Assembly: GCA_965112735.1 (NCBI GenBank)
Contig: OZ218951.1
Span: 3,472,001 to 3,536,000 of the forward strand
Direction of reading: 5' to 3'
From: Phaeosaccion multiseriatum
Taxonomy: Eukaryota > Protista > Ochrophyta, other classes
DNA: 64,000 bases
The notes under the pieces are model-generated. The model worked only from the letters and a program-made list of their open reading frames with translations. It was not told where the DNA came from and ran no database searches. Positions 25,709 to 47,800 of this stretch are shown here, one piece after another; position 1 is the first letter of the stretch; each line of letters opens with the position of its first letter. Both the position numbers and the translations under genes were made by a program.

Positions 25709-34964
<9,256 letters not shown>

Positions 34965-35183
34965 GTCTCTCGTATCCATCGCTCGTCTTTAAAAATTGTC
35001 CCTCTGGCCATTTGGGCCACACTCCCGGGGGGCTACAGTTACGTTTTCTGGAAGCGAGGCTTGGAGCAGAGAGAGGGAAAACAACATGGCTCAGCGTTTC
35101 CATTGCTCGCTGGTCTCCTTGCCGCGCTGAGGAGGGAAGCACAGGAGCAGGGCGGGGGAAGGTGGACAGCAGCAAGCGCCGTC

Positions 35184-38100
35184 ATGGCTCCGATACAGAA
35201 GTCCTACACGGACGAGCATGCCGCCTTTGCAGCCTCTCGCAGCAGCGAGTACATTTACGTGCCAGTCGACGAGCAGTACTTCACTGCGCTCGACAGGCAT
35301 GCAGAGACCGCAGAGATGACGAGCCGACTGCCTTTGGTCATTGTGGGAGACCCTGGCACAGGCAAGAATGCCCTGCTCAGCAATTGGGTGAAGCGGCGCC
35401 TGACAAACAAGCACCGGGACGAGTACCTGTTTCTGTACTTCGCCGGGGCGTCTACGCGCTCCAGGCAGCTCGCACACCTGTTGCACCGCCTGGAGTCCGG
35501 TCTCAAGGAGTTCTTTCAGCTCCGCGAGATGGACGTACCAGCGTCTGAGGAGGTGAGGCCAGTCGTACCTCTACTTTCCGCCCCTCGCACTGCCCTACTC
35601 TTGTGGCCGTCCCCAATACCTACATGCTGTTTCCTCCTGCTGACCGTGCCATACTGAACTCCCTTCCTCTGGTACCTGTCTCAGCGTCTCATCTGGTCCC
35701 TCAACCGCTTCCTCGCGGCGGCTGCCAAGAAGCACTTCCCGGCGCGCATCACCATTGTAATCGACGGTGTGGATGCCCTCAAGGGGCAGGAGATGCCCGT
35801 GGGCGCGCTGCACTGGCTACCCACAGAGCTTCCCGCGGGCGTGCGCTTCATTGTATCGACGGTTCCCTCCACGGACCGCACCGGTGGCAAGCCCCACCGC
35901 AGCTTCCAGGAGCTGCAGCGCCGCAAGTGCCCCATCCTCCAGATGGGCGTCATGAACCACGAGTGCCAGGAGGCCGCCATCCAGGCCTTCCAGAACATGT
36001 ACCCCAACTCCGTCAGCCTCTCGCCATCACAGGTACGGTACACACACAAGGAGCTGCCCCGGTATACGATGCAATGGTTCCATCCCTCTCCGCGAGGCCG
36101 TCTCTGTGGCCAACGAGTCGTGCCTTCTCCTCGCTCGACTCACCCATCCCCCCACCCAACCCCACACCCCCACCCCTTCTTCACTGCCCCAATGACTCAC
36201 TCACGCATACCGCCCTCCTCCTCCTTCTCCTCCTCTAGGTGGAGCACATCCTGAGCCTCGAGACGCAGAGCAAACCCATGTACCTGCGCACTCTCCTCTA
36301 CGCCCTGCGGCTGCGGCACACCCTCATGCCCGACTCGCCCCTGGACGATCTCCTCAAGCAGTACCTGGCCGCCGGGGACTCTCTCGCACTCACCCGAGCA
36401 GTGTTGGACAGTTTCGAGCGTTACATTGCACCCAGCGGGGAGGGACTCACGCAGATCAGCAGCAGGAGCATTCTCGCTGCAGTGTTGAGTGTACTGTATT
36501 GTTCGAGGAACGGCCTGACTGACTGCGAGGTGTGGGGCTCTGCGGAGATGGTGCTGGGGAGGGAGCTGACGGAGGCCCAAAAGTCCATCATGTTGCTGAT
36601 TCTGAGGGACTGCACCATGCTTGTGGTCGGACAGAGGAGCTTCAGCCACGAAGAGGTGAGTGAGCGAGGGGAAGGAAGGAAGGAAGGAAGGAAGGATGGA
36701 AGGAAGGAAGGAAGGAAGGAAGGAAGTCCTTTCTCCTATTGCGGTGTGGTGTGCTGTGGTACGAGCACGGTGCTGGGGTTCGCCTCTTGAAAGTGGGGGG
36801 GCTCCCACGGACGGTGAAAGAGTAGGAGGAGGACGTGAAGGCGGCTTTACGCCTTCATACACAATGTGGGCGCGTGCGCCGTGAAGCGAACGCGACTCAC
36901 CCTCTTCGCCCCCCTTTCCTTCCTCCCTCCCTCCCTCCCCGTCGCTTCTCGCCTCTTTCATCAGTTTCGAAGGGTGGTTTACGCCAAATACATTCAAAGC
37001 CCCGAGTCGCACATCCGCCTGCACCAGCAAATGGCAAGGTATTTCTCGCGCCTGCCCGCCTCGGACCGTAAGGTGGACTGCCTCCCGTACCACTTGGAGG
37101 TGGCCGGGGCGTGGGGCAAGCTCAAGAACTGCCTCGTGGACATTGACATGTTTCACATTTGGTGGACACCCGAGCATCGCAAGGAGTTCATCTCGATTTG
37201 GGCGTCGCTCACGGCGGCGTGTGGGAGGTCTCAGTCGCAAGACGAGGCGGAGACGGACAGCAGTGGTGGCGGTGGCAACAGCAGCAGCAACAACAATAGC
37301 AGTGGTAACAGCAACAGTAACAGCAACAGCAGCAGTCACAGCAGCAGCAACAACAACAGCAACAACAACACTGACAACAGCAATGGCGAAGGAGACAACA
37401 CCAACAACGACAACAATGACAGTGACAATGACAGCAGCGGCGGTAGCGACAATGCCAACAACAGGGGAGACGGGACCAACGACAGCAGCCCCAACGAAAA
37501 TGGCACCGCCAACAGCAGCAGTAACAACAACAACAACAATAGCAACAACAGCAACAATAACGCCAGTAGCAACCCGTACTATCGCCGCCTGGTGACGAGT
37601 GAGTTTGACATGACGATGGATTGCAAGCAGACGCCTCGTCCGTGCTACGACCTGGCGGAGGAGTACTGCCGCAGCCTTGACGATTACCGCGCCACCCTGA
37701 GGTGCCACATGAACCCAGAGGCAGACGAGCAGGTGTCCGAGGTGAGGGTGTGTGCGTGTGTGTGTGCGTGTGCGTGTGCGTGTGCATGTGCGTGTGAGTG
37801 TGCGTGCGTGTGCGTGCGTGCGCGTTGTGCGTGTGCGTGTGTGTGCGTGTGTGTGCGTGTGTGTGCGTGTGTGCGTGTGCGCGTGTGTGTGCGTGTGCGT
37901 GTGTGTGTAGAGAACCCACCCTCTCCACCCTCTTTCGCTCTTCTTTCTGCTGCTCCTAGTCTTCTCCTGACCTTGATGTCCTCCTTTTCCTCCCATTCCG
38001 CCTCCGCCTTCCGCTGGACTGCCACTGACTCATGCTCCATGACACATGCCCCACACCCCAAAGGTCATTCTCGAGATTGCGGAGTTCTTCCTTGAGTTCG

Positions 38101-39401
38101 CAATGCTCGGGCACGAAGAAGCCGCCGACGTGCCTCAGTTCGTGCACCCACACATCCCCAGCGAAGACCTTGCCAGCCTCGGTGTGCCGTACCTCAGTCT
38201 CGATGAGGAGGGAAGGAGTGTGCTCAATCGGCCCGTACTGACCAAACAGGACGAGGACAACAAGCCCAACAAGGGGTCATCGGGCTCCTCCGGGGCAGGG
38301 TGCAACCACCCACAAGACAGCGTCATACCGCCCAAGGCGAACGAAGACTTCCCTGCCTGCACCACGTACTTTTACCACCGATGGATGTGGATCATGTTCC
38401 CGCTCATTGCCACGGCCAACTGTGGGGACTACTTTCAGCAAGGGATTCAGGTCAACTCCTCAGGGACAGGCAGCGACGGTCTCGGAGGGGCAGGGGGTGC
38501 GGGGGGAGCAGGGGGTGTGCTGAGCCGGGCGGGCGGCGCGGGGGGCAGCTCGGGCGGGCAAGGATTCCGAGGGGGCAAAGGCAAGGGGGGCATGATAACC
38601 GACGGAGGAGGAGGGGTGGGGGGCAAGCAGCAGCAGCACAAGCATGCCAAGAAGGGGGGAGGAGAGGAGGGGGGCAAGGGAGCAAGCGGGGCAGCAGGCA
38701 GTGGCAGCCCCAACAAGAAGCTCCCCACGCTGACCACGCTGAGGGGCATGCCTCGGCGACCGTGTAAACCGATACGGAAACGCAAAACGGCGCCGGACGG
38801 GGAGGGAGGGGCCGAACAAGATCAGTACTATTGGGAGCAGCTCATGACGTCCGTACATGATGACATTCGAGACATCAAGGCCGAGCACGACATTCTCGTG
38901 CAGCAGCGAAGTTTACTCACGAGGAAGCTGGAGGAGCTGGGCGATGAGGAGCAGACCATGACTATTCTCGAAGGGGCAACGAGGGGGGGCGAGGTGAAGA
39001 TGAATGACATTAAGCGGCGACAAGAGAAGCTCACCAGAGATCATGCCAAGGCGCGGCAGCTGAGGCAGAATTACAAGGCCCTCTTGCTCATGGCCGAGCG
39101 ACACCCGGCCAACTCGACCGCTCTGATGGATGAGCTCGAGATCAAGCTGGAGCAGGACAGGAGACTCATCGGTGAGTGGCGTCAAGTCAGTGGGGGGGTG
39201 GGTGCGTGGGTGGGTGGGTGGGTGGATTGGAGTGGGTGGATGAGTGCGTGGGTGGGCGGGTGGGTGGGTGGGTGAGTTGGTGAGTGGGTGAGTTGGTGAG
39301 TGGGTGAGTTGGTGAGTGCGTGGGTGGGTGCGTCATACTCACGGCCGCTGAACTCTCCCCCTTGTCTGTCCCCGTCTCCTTCCTTCCAATACAACGCAAA
39401 C

Positions 39402-39439
<38 letters not shown>

Positions 39440-40784
39440 CACACAAACAAACAAACAGCCGAGATCCGCAAGCGATGTGCGGAGGAGCGGTACGAGAGGC
39501 AGGCCTACCAGATCGACTACAGCCAGATGAAGAAGGCCGTGCAGGAGACCGCGGCCTTGCAACAGTCGCTCCTGCTCAGTCGATTCGACCAACACGAGGT
39601 CTTGGACAGGAGCAACAAAGAGGACGCAGAGCGTATGAGCCACTCCTCCTCCTCCCATTCCACCTCCACCCCAGGGGCAGGGGCAGGGGCAGCAGCAGCA
39701 GCAGCATCTTCTGCTTCTCCCGCACTCGCAGGAGCGCACCACTCCTCCTCTTCGCAGCAGCAGCAGCAGCTGGTGGCTGGAAACGTGTTGTCCCCGAACA
39801 GTCACGGGGGCGGGGGACCGGGAGGGAAGATGATTCTCCGACCTGAGACCCCAGGGGGGGGCGAGGAGGACGGAAGCAGCCCAGGAGGGAGATCCGCTTC
39901 ACGCGAGGGGAGGCGCAAGAGGAGGGGGGAGGAGCACGGAGGGGAAGGAGGAAGATCAGGAAGCGGCGGGGGCGGGGAAGGCAGTGGATGTGCGGACGAC
40001 GCTGAGGAGGTGTGGGGGCAGATCAAGCGGGTCACCGGCCTCGAAGACCCTGACGAGATTATCCGCAAGGTGCGTGGGAGGAGTGGGCTCAGTTGGGCTG
40101 ATTTGTGCTGCCGTATAGAGGCTTTGGAGTACTAATTCACTCCACTCCCTTCCCCTCCCCTCCCCTCCTCTCCTCTCCCCTCCCCTCCCCTCCCGTCTCT
40201 TCCCCTCCCCTAGTGGACCACCCGATCAGAGATGGAGGCCCAGCTCGGCTTTATGAAGGGTGCGTGCGAGCAGCGTCTTGCGGACCTAAAGATTGAAGGG
40301 GCCAAGGTAGAGACGGAGTTAGAGAATACCCGTTACGACAGCATCAGCCTCGGGGGCAGCAAGGAGACACGCTCTCTTCAGAAGAGCATCACGGAGGCCC
40401 AGGCGAAGCTCAAGAGGTCCCGAGAGAGGACAGAGCTCCTCGAGCAGCTGCAGAGGTGTGTGTGTGTGTGTGTGTGTGTGTGTCTGTGTGCGTGAATGTA
40501 TACGTGTGTGTGCGTGTGTGTGTTTAGTTTGAGGTTCCACACTTTCACTATTTGGGACACGCGCACCCCGAGACGCACAAGTACACACGTTTGCGACGCC
40601 CTCACTCATGGGCGGAACCTTCTGGGCTCTCCTTTGCCTTTGCTTGGTGTCTTTGTCTTATTCCTTTGTGTCTTGGCGCGTGGCTCGCCTGACCCCTCGC
40701 GCATCTCCCTCCGTCCCCCGTCCTCCATCTGTCTCTCTCTCTCTCTCATATCTCTCTCTCTCTCTCTCTTTCTTTCTCTACCTC

Positions 40785-40853
<69 letters not shown>

Positions 40854-41587
40854 CTCTCCACCCTCCACCCTCCACCCCTCCACCCTTCCACCCATCCACC
40901 CATCCACCCCTCCACAGAGACACGGTGTCAGGACTGCGGCACAACAGCCGCGTGCTCGGCATCCCCGTGGCTGAGGATAGTCAAGACGAAGCAGGCACCT
41001 CTGTCCAGGACCTTCTCCAAACCCTCCACAACGTCCTGGACACCCTCGTCGAACAGAAGGATCGCTCCGTGCAGAAGGCCTCCGACAAGGCACTGCGAGG
41101 AGACACCACCATGGACATTGGAGGGGTGCAGCGGCCCCCCGAGATGGAGGCTGCCTTGCAAACCTTCTCGAAAACAAAGTGTAAAGTGGCGCCTCAGCTG
41201 CTGTCCAGAAGGGGAATCGACGAGAGGCCACAGGGTTCCGGAGGGGGTGGGGGGGGGCGTAATGGCACTCCACTAGCGGGATACGGAAGCGGCCTCGGCC
41301 TCGGTGGTGGCGGCGGTACTGGCGGTGGGGGCTCGAGTGCGGGGGGGGTAGGGATGGGTCATGGGTTCGTAGGGCCGGCTTCCTCGTCGGCTGGAGGAGG
41401 GGGTCTGGGCTTGGGCGGTGTGGGAGGGGTGGGACCGGAGAGGGGGGGCAGCGACTCGGACAGTGACAGCGAGGTGAAGAACGGTATGCTGAGTCGGCAA
41501 GCCGTGAAGATCAATAGCGCGAAGAGTTACCGCTCGGAGCAAAGGCGACTCGCGAGGTTGCAGAAAACGGCAGTGCCCGGGGGGTGA
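35184..41587 (+). CDS. NPHP3-like NACHT/P-loop NTPase with C-terminal ODA-docking-complex (CCDC151/ODA-DC)-like coiled coil
   Basis: Walker A PLVIVGDPGTGKNALLSNW, Walker B ITIVIDGVDAL, LHWLP..LPAGVRFIVST, PMYLR, SRNGLTDCE, FSHEE|FRRVVYAKY, LPYHLE. These are followed by heptad segments and EEVWGQIKRVTGLEDPDEIIRK. Approximate exons: 35184-35552, 35685-36032, 36239-36655, 36965-37741, 38064-39171, 39459-40069, 40214-40455, 40918-41587. Confidence 0.75.
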
Positions 41588-42356
41588 GGAAGAGGTGGGA
41601 GTGGGTGGTCAGTCGAGGAGGAGCATCGTGATAGCAATGTCTCGCCAATGAGAGGGGAGGAGATATGGGGGAAGAGCCCAAGAGGCGAGAGAAGGCGAAG
41701 GGGCGGTTCAAGTGAGCCGCACCGCAATGGTAAGAATAGACTACGAGCAAGAGAGAGCGGCAGCAGGGATCCAGGAAGAGGTGCCTTTCGTTAAACACGG
41801 CTTTCTTTCTGCGCTTTCGGTGTTTGGTCAACGACTCTACTAAAGCTCGCCCCAGATAGGGAGAGAGGACGATTGAGATGTTCGCCGGCAGTTTTAGCCA
41901 TGCTTTGTATTAATTTTAGAACTATGTATCGTAAGTCCTATGTACACGGGCCGGAAAAGGAAGTTATTGGTTTAGGCTCTGTGGCGGGTCGTGGGTGGTG
42001 TAACAAGGGGAGGTCCCAGACGCCGCCAAGAGCAACAGTAGACAGGTGTCCGCCAATCCAGGCGTCGCAGGCCCCTCGCCCTCAGAGGCAAGAAGTGTAT
42101 TTGTTTGGCTTGCAATACTGGAGTCAATGGCAAACCGAAATGCCCATATCTTGCCGATGCTTCACGTGTTTGGCATGCAAGCGCCTCGGTCGCTGGCTCC
42201 ATCGACCGACACACTCCGGGGGGCGTGGCGTAGCGTGAGAGGAGGAAAAGTAGCCATCAAGCTATTTGTCTGTTGAGAGAAGGAAAAGGAGCAATCCATC
42301 CATCCCCCACCCTTCGTCTCTTGAGCACCTCAGTCTCGCCCTGGTGTTTCAGTGCC

Positions 42357-43188
42357 CTAATTCTGCCGAACAGACCATATTGCGTACTGCTTCATTGCAG
42401 AGTCCCGAGTGCTTGTTCCGAATGACGTTGCTCCTCCGCTGGTCTTTGCCGCCAGTGCCTGTTTACCCATGGATGAGTAGGAAGCGCCGCGGAAGCTCTC
42501 TGCCCCACCAAGCAAGAAATTATAGCACGCGCGGGCACAGACGGTGAGAGAGCGCGGGATGTGAGGCGCTTGGATCGCAAAGTGAGAGGACTCATTCTTG
42601 TCTACTTCCTTCCTTGGGGCTGCCGCGACTAACTCACCCTTGAAGTTGTCCCCATAAACTTTGAATCGTTCTCCTCGAACGAAGGCTGCCCGTGGGGCTG
42701 TCCGGTACATACTGCGACAACACAACACGTACACGTTAGAGGCAGCTCAGGGAGCAAACGCGTCATTCCAAAATCAGTTCTCGCTCCGCCTCACCTCCTG
42801 CTCTGGCACTGCGGCCCCATACACGTGAAGGAGTCGAGGCATCTAAAGTCCTGCCCTCCTTTGTGATAGAGAACGTCGCTCGCAGCAGGTGCGCGAGCGA
42901 ACGTGGGCTGCAATGGACCTGGGATGAGCACATCGAGACCAAAATGGGGTGTGATGAAGAGGAGCATGTCTCGAAAAATGGAACACCACACCTCTACTTG
43001 CTCCGATCAGCCAGTGCTCATTCTCTTTCCCTGCCTTCCTTACCAATATAGCTCAAGCTCTTCGACTTGGTCAATTGCCTTTTGAGACTCTGGCCTTGCT
43101 CCCTCAGATCCCCACTGCTGCCGTCGCCAAGAAGCTTGGAAAGCCTCCTGGACGTTTGCTCCTGCCGCTGCTGCAGCCCACCTCCCAT
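42357..43188 (-). CDS. Small basic SHIPPO/ODF3-like (axonemal microtubule-associated) protein
   Basis: Approximate exons: 43188-43044, 42918-42795, 42711-42639, ~42507-42357. The repeated motif pair CMGPQCQS..TAPRAAFVRGERF and SSMGKQALAAKTSGGATSFGTSTRD resembles SHIPPO-type repeats of flagellar proteins. The family call is tentative. Confidence 0.5.
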
Positions 43189-43615
43189 GGTGATAAAACT
43201 CCACTCTGCCGCGGATCCCCACTCAACACCACTCCGCCGCTTCCTACAAACTCTACGATCACAAGAGAGAGAGAGAAGAGAGGGAGAAGAGACCCCCGAG
43301 GTGAGCGGCGTATTTTTTTTTTGGCAGTTACAGTTTGCGTTTGAGCTTGTGCGCCCGCGGCAAATTAATGCCCAAATTATTTTCCCTCTCACGCACCTGA
43401 GATTCATTTTAACATCACCGGCCCGCACTTGTTCTCCCTCCTCCAACTCCTTACTCACTGCCTGCCCACTGTTCCCCTACTCGTTAAGTACTTGTTGCCG
43501 TGGTGGACTCTGAGAAGAAGCTCTGCTTGTTCGTGGTTTATCAACTCCTAACTGCGGAACCAAAGGTGCGACAACCCTTTGAAAAGAGAGCCAAGCATAA
43601 AGGGGCGCGTACGGC

Positions 43616-44063
43616 ATGGTGTGCACTAGGAAGCGGGCCCGCGAGCGACCGTCGAAGACGCTGCGCACCATCGTAGCGAGCGTAATCTTGGCAGTCACGC
43701 TCAAGACCTGCAGCGGATTTGGATGGAACGGGTTCCAACTGAGGAGCGTTTCCCCGCAGTCCCAACAGCAGCGAAAGCAGCGACAGGATGTGGTAGCGGC
43801 CAAGGCAGCGGCGGACCATGTGAAGAGGGGTCCGCGGGACCCGTTCCCCTTTTACACCCCAGTGAGATCTGCTCCCGGGCACACGACTCTCGGGCAGTAC
43901 CGGGGCTACAACAGCCGCGGAGGACTGGCGCACGATGAAGTCCTCTTCCGCGACGTAGACGGGCCTGCCGGGGAGGTCTCAACCTCCTCCATTCCTCAAG
44001 CGGAGCGATGTAAGTACGGGTGGTGTGGTTGCTTGTGAGGAGTGAAGAGGGAAGGATGAGGGA

Positions 44064-44115
<52 letters not shown>

Positions 44116-46063
44116 ACGAGAAGTTGTGCCGAGTACCATCTATGCCCCGCTAGGTCTCCAGACATCTCATACCTTCTTCCCCTCGTCTCCTCGCTCCCTG
44201 CACTTCCCTCCCCTCGCTCAGACTCGAGCAGAGATTGGATCCACAACATGAAAACAATCACCAGTTCCATCATCTTGAAAAGAATTAAGGGCCCGGCCAT
44301 CTGGCTGTCCCTCTGGGCCACTCTAGTCAGCATCGCTCACCGGGTGTGGGGCTTCTCCTCGCTCACTATGAAGCCCGTTACGCTGCTGGGGAGTGCCCTC
44401 GGTCTGCTGCTGGTCATGCGTACCAACAGCGCTGTCAGCAGGTTCTGGGAGGGTAGAAAGCTGTGGGAGAGTGTGTTGTGCAGCAGCCGGGACTTGGCGC
44501 GGATGATGGCCATCTACCAAGATGTGATTGGCAAGCGGCGGATTCGTCGCATCGCCGATCTCACGTGCGCCTTTGCCGTGGCCCTCCAGCAGCACGTGCA
44601 GGGCTTCGGCTCGGAGCCACCCTTCAGAGGCCTCTTGCCCCCCGAGGAGATCGAGCAACTCTTCTCCACGTCCAACAACAAGCCTTTGCAGATTGTGCAA
44701 AAGATGGCGATGGAGTGCCGACAGATCCCGTACGGCGACGACTGGTCCAGCAGGGAGCGCCTGGACATGGTGGGCACCTGCAAGAAGCTCTCCGCCGCCC
44801 TTGGGGCGAGCGAGACCATTGTCCAGACACCCATCCCTCTGTAAGTGCAAGCAAGCGAAAGGACGAGTGTTTGAAGTTGCCAGGAGTGTTTAGTGAAGGT
44901 TTGTCCTCACCGACTCCTTCCTCCTCCTCCTCCTCCTCCTCCTCCTCCTCCTCCTTATCCTCTCGTCACAGGCACTATGTGAGGCACACGTCCCGGTTCC
45001 TCACCATTTGGTGCCTTCTGCTGCCCTTGGTGACTGTGGGCGAGCTGGGCATTCTCACTCCCCTCATCACGGCCATGGTGAGTGCGTGGGTGGGTGCGTG
45101 CGTGCGTGTCTGGGGGGGTGGATGACACGTAGGGCGACAGACGGCTCATGGCAGACATCCATAACACTCCGCCCTCTTGCTGTCCTTCCACTGCTCCAGT
45201 CCGTCTGGGCGCTGTTCGGCATACAGGAAATTGGCCTCATGATCGAGGTGAGTGGGTCCAAGGCACTGTCGGAAAGGGAGTGATGAGAAGGTAGCTAGGC
45301 AAGCTCACCTCACCAGCGTTGGCAGGGTGAGGTGGGCTGTCGGGAAAGAAGGGGCAATCAGCCGCACCGTTGGCCCACCCGCTCTTTGCAGAGAGGCATG
45401 TTACATAAGTTTGAACTTTCGACGCATTCCAGCCACACAACCTCACCACTGCAATTTCCCGCCCCCTCCCTCCCTTCCTCCCTCTCTACCACTTGCCTCC
45501 CTCCCTTGCAGAACCCCTTTGAGTTCTCCCTGAAGCTGGAGATCATCTGCAACACAGTCTATAGCGATGTGATGCATACCATTGGGGAGACTGAGCTGAG
45601 TAAAGGCGCTGGCCCGGTGCCAGTCATGGTGCACCTCAACGGCCGAACGGAGCTGCTGACCTTCGGCGGAGGGCTGGTGAGGGATGACACTGTGGTGACC
45701 CTGGAAGAGGCTGCGGAGGAGAAGAAGCGGGAGAAGGAGAAGAAGAAGGAGAAGAAGCGGGCCAAGAAGGAGAGGGAGGAGAAGGAGATGGAGATGGCCC
45801 AAAAGGAGAAGGAGAAGGAGGAGGACATGGCCCAGAAGGAGGAGCTCCACAGGCTTGCCGAGCAAGGGGCAGTGGTGAATGTACACCACCCGCAGCAGCA
45901 CCAGGGGGAGGAAGTCAGGGAGTACGGGATTCTGCAGAGCCAACACGCGGCCAAGCTGACGGAGGATTTGCAGCAGCCCCTCCTGGACCCGCAGCCGCAC
46001 CTCGTCGGAGCAGAAGGAGCAGACCGGGGGGCCACAGGTCACACAGGAGGAAAAGGAGGATAG
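43616..46063 (+). CDS. Plastid-targeted bestrophin-like anion channel (UPF0187 / VCCN1 / BST family)
   Basis: Signal peptide ending CSG-F. Motifs RYSSRDWIHN, LLGSALGLLLVMRTNSAVSRFWEGRKLW, QTPIPL|HYVRHTSRFL, ALFGIQEIGLMIE|NPF. Approximate exons: 43616-44010, 44222-44840, 44972-45077, 45200-45247, 45513-46063. Confidence 0.9.
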
Positions 46064-46770
46064 GAGTGCGTTACAATGTACGTTGAGTCAATTTTTGTTT
46101 AAAGGGGAAATTCCTCGCAAAGTAACGACGGTTACAGTACCCAGCACTGGGGTCGAGCGAAAAGCTTCCCAGTGCCGCCTCGCCGTTCTGGCCGCCGATG
46201 TGATGCCCTCACTGCCCTAATGACAGATGGCTTACTACTATACTGCTACTACTACTGCTGCTGCTCCTGCTGGTGACAGGCGGTTTCGCCAGGCTTGTGC
46301 CCGCGGAAAAGTCGCTCGCTCCTCGTCCCGCTTTTGTACTTCGCTACAAATGACATGATGGATCCCCCAAGAGGGATCCGGCACCTTTTCTCTCTCCCTC
46401 CCTCCCTCCCTCTCGGAAGACAAGGAGGGCCAATGAGTCAGGGCCCTCTCATCGTTCATATCCTTATCCAGACCCTCGTCTTCGGACCAGGTTCCGTCGT
46501 CAGCAATACAACCAACACGGGAGGGAATGGTCAGCGATTAACAGCAGACCATGTAGCATGTGTCTGTGTGTCTCCTGCCCCCCCCCCCCTCCCTCCCTCC
46601 ATACTGTCTCTCTCTCTCTCTCTTGCCCTACCTTACGGCTCATGCATCCATGTAGAAGGTGGTTCGCTCATGACAACTTTCTTTTCTTGTTCGTAAGCAG
46701 GTCCTGTTTGTTTGGAATGGAACACGGGATGAGAGAGACAGACGGAGAGAGAGAGAGGGGGGCCCTCGCT

Positions 46771-47518
46771 GCCTCCTCCTGTGCCCGCCCCCTTTCGCTC
46801 CGCCCGGCCGCAGTCCCTCATCGGTGGCTGGTGCGCACGGAACACCACGAGAGCCTGACTCCCTTCAACAACATGTCACAGGACGGTTCCTCCTCTCATC
46901 CTCCTCCTGCGAGGAGCGAGCCATGTGGGGTTGGTCCGGCGGTGACCCCTACCTCTCAGCTCCCCACGTTGCACGAGTTGTGTACAGACAAAGCCAACTC
47001 CGATGATTTTTTGTCCGACGAGTACGTGTTCTTCGAGCACGACGTATTGGGGGGCCAAGTGTCGCCCCAACGCGAGCTCGCAGAAGCCTCGCCATCCAGC
47101 CAGGTGGTCGGAGGTAGAAGGTGATCACAACGTCACGTATTTTCGTAACGTTGTGATCACCTTCTACCTCGCTCCGACCACCTTGATGGCGAGGCTTCTG
47201 CGTGCTCGCGTTGGGGCGACACTTGGCCCCCCAATACGTCGTGCTCGAAGAACACGTACTCGTCGGACAAAAAATCATCGGAGTTGGCTTTGTCTGTACA
47301 CAACTCGTGCAACGTGGGGAGCTGAGAGGTAGGGGTCACCGCCGGACCAACCCCACATGGCTCGCTCCTCGCAGGAGGAGGATGAGAGGAGGAACCGTCC
47401 TGTGACATGTTGTTGAAGGGAGTCAGGCTCTCGTGGTGTTCCGTGCGCACCACCGATGAGGGACTGGACTGGCTGCGGCCGGCCGGGCGGAGCGAAAGGG
47501 GACACAGGAGGAGGAGGC
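46771..47518. repeat. Long inverted repeat (foldback): ~309-bp near-perfect arms 46829-47137 / 47144-47452, 6-nt loop, looser outer arms
   Basis: The arms are reverse complements of each other, and identical ORFs appear on both strands in the ORF track. The loop is TATTTT at 47138-47143. Confidence 0.95.
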
Positions 47519-47790
47519 AAGGGGAATTGAGGGGAAGCAAAGGGCGGAGTGGAGAAAACTTTTGGATAGAGGGGGCGAAGAGAAGGCCAGCTTACACGAT
47601 GAGGGGAGAGAGGGGAGAGAGGGGAGGGAGTCTCGTGCCGGGCCCGGCCGGGGGAAGATTTGACTCTCAAAATTCTCTCTCACCTCTCTTGGGTCGTTGT
47701 GTAACAAGCGTCGTTGTGTAACAGCTGCGGCTGCCATAGCACCCGTGGGTTACAGGTGAGGGCGGGTAGCGATGTGCTCCTCAGTCCACC

Positions 47791-47800
47791 TATATAAAAG
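47791..47800 (+). promoter_or_regulatory. TATA box-like element between the foldback and SF3A3
   Basis: TATATAAAAG in a GC-rich intergenic region about 410 bp upstream of the SF3A3 ATG. Confidence 0.4.

Noticed and set aside
46876-47124. Protein-coding reading of the foldback arm (MSQDGSSSHPP...)
   Set aside because: Short, no recognisable domain, and mirrored on both strands only because of the palindrome; not called as a CDS.
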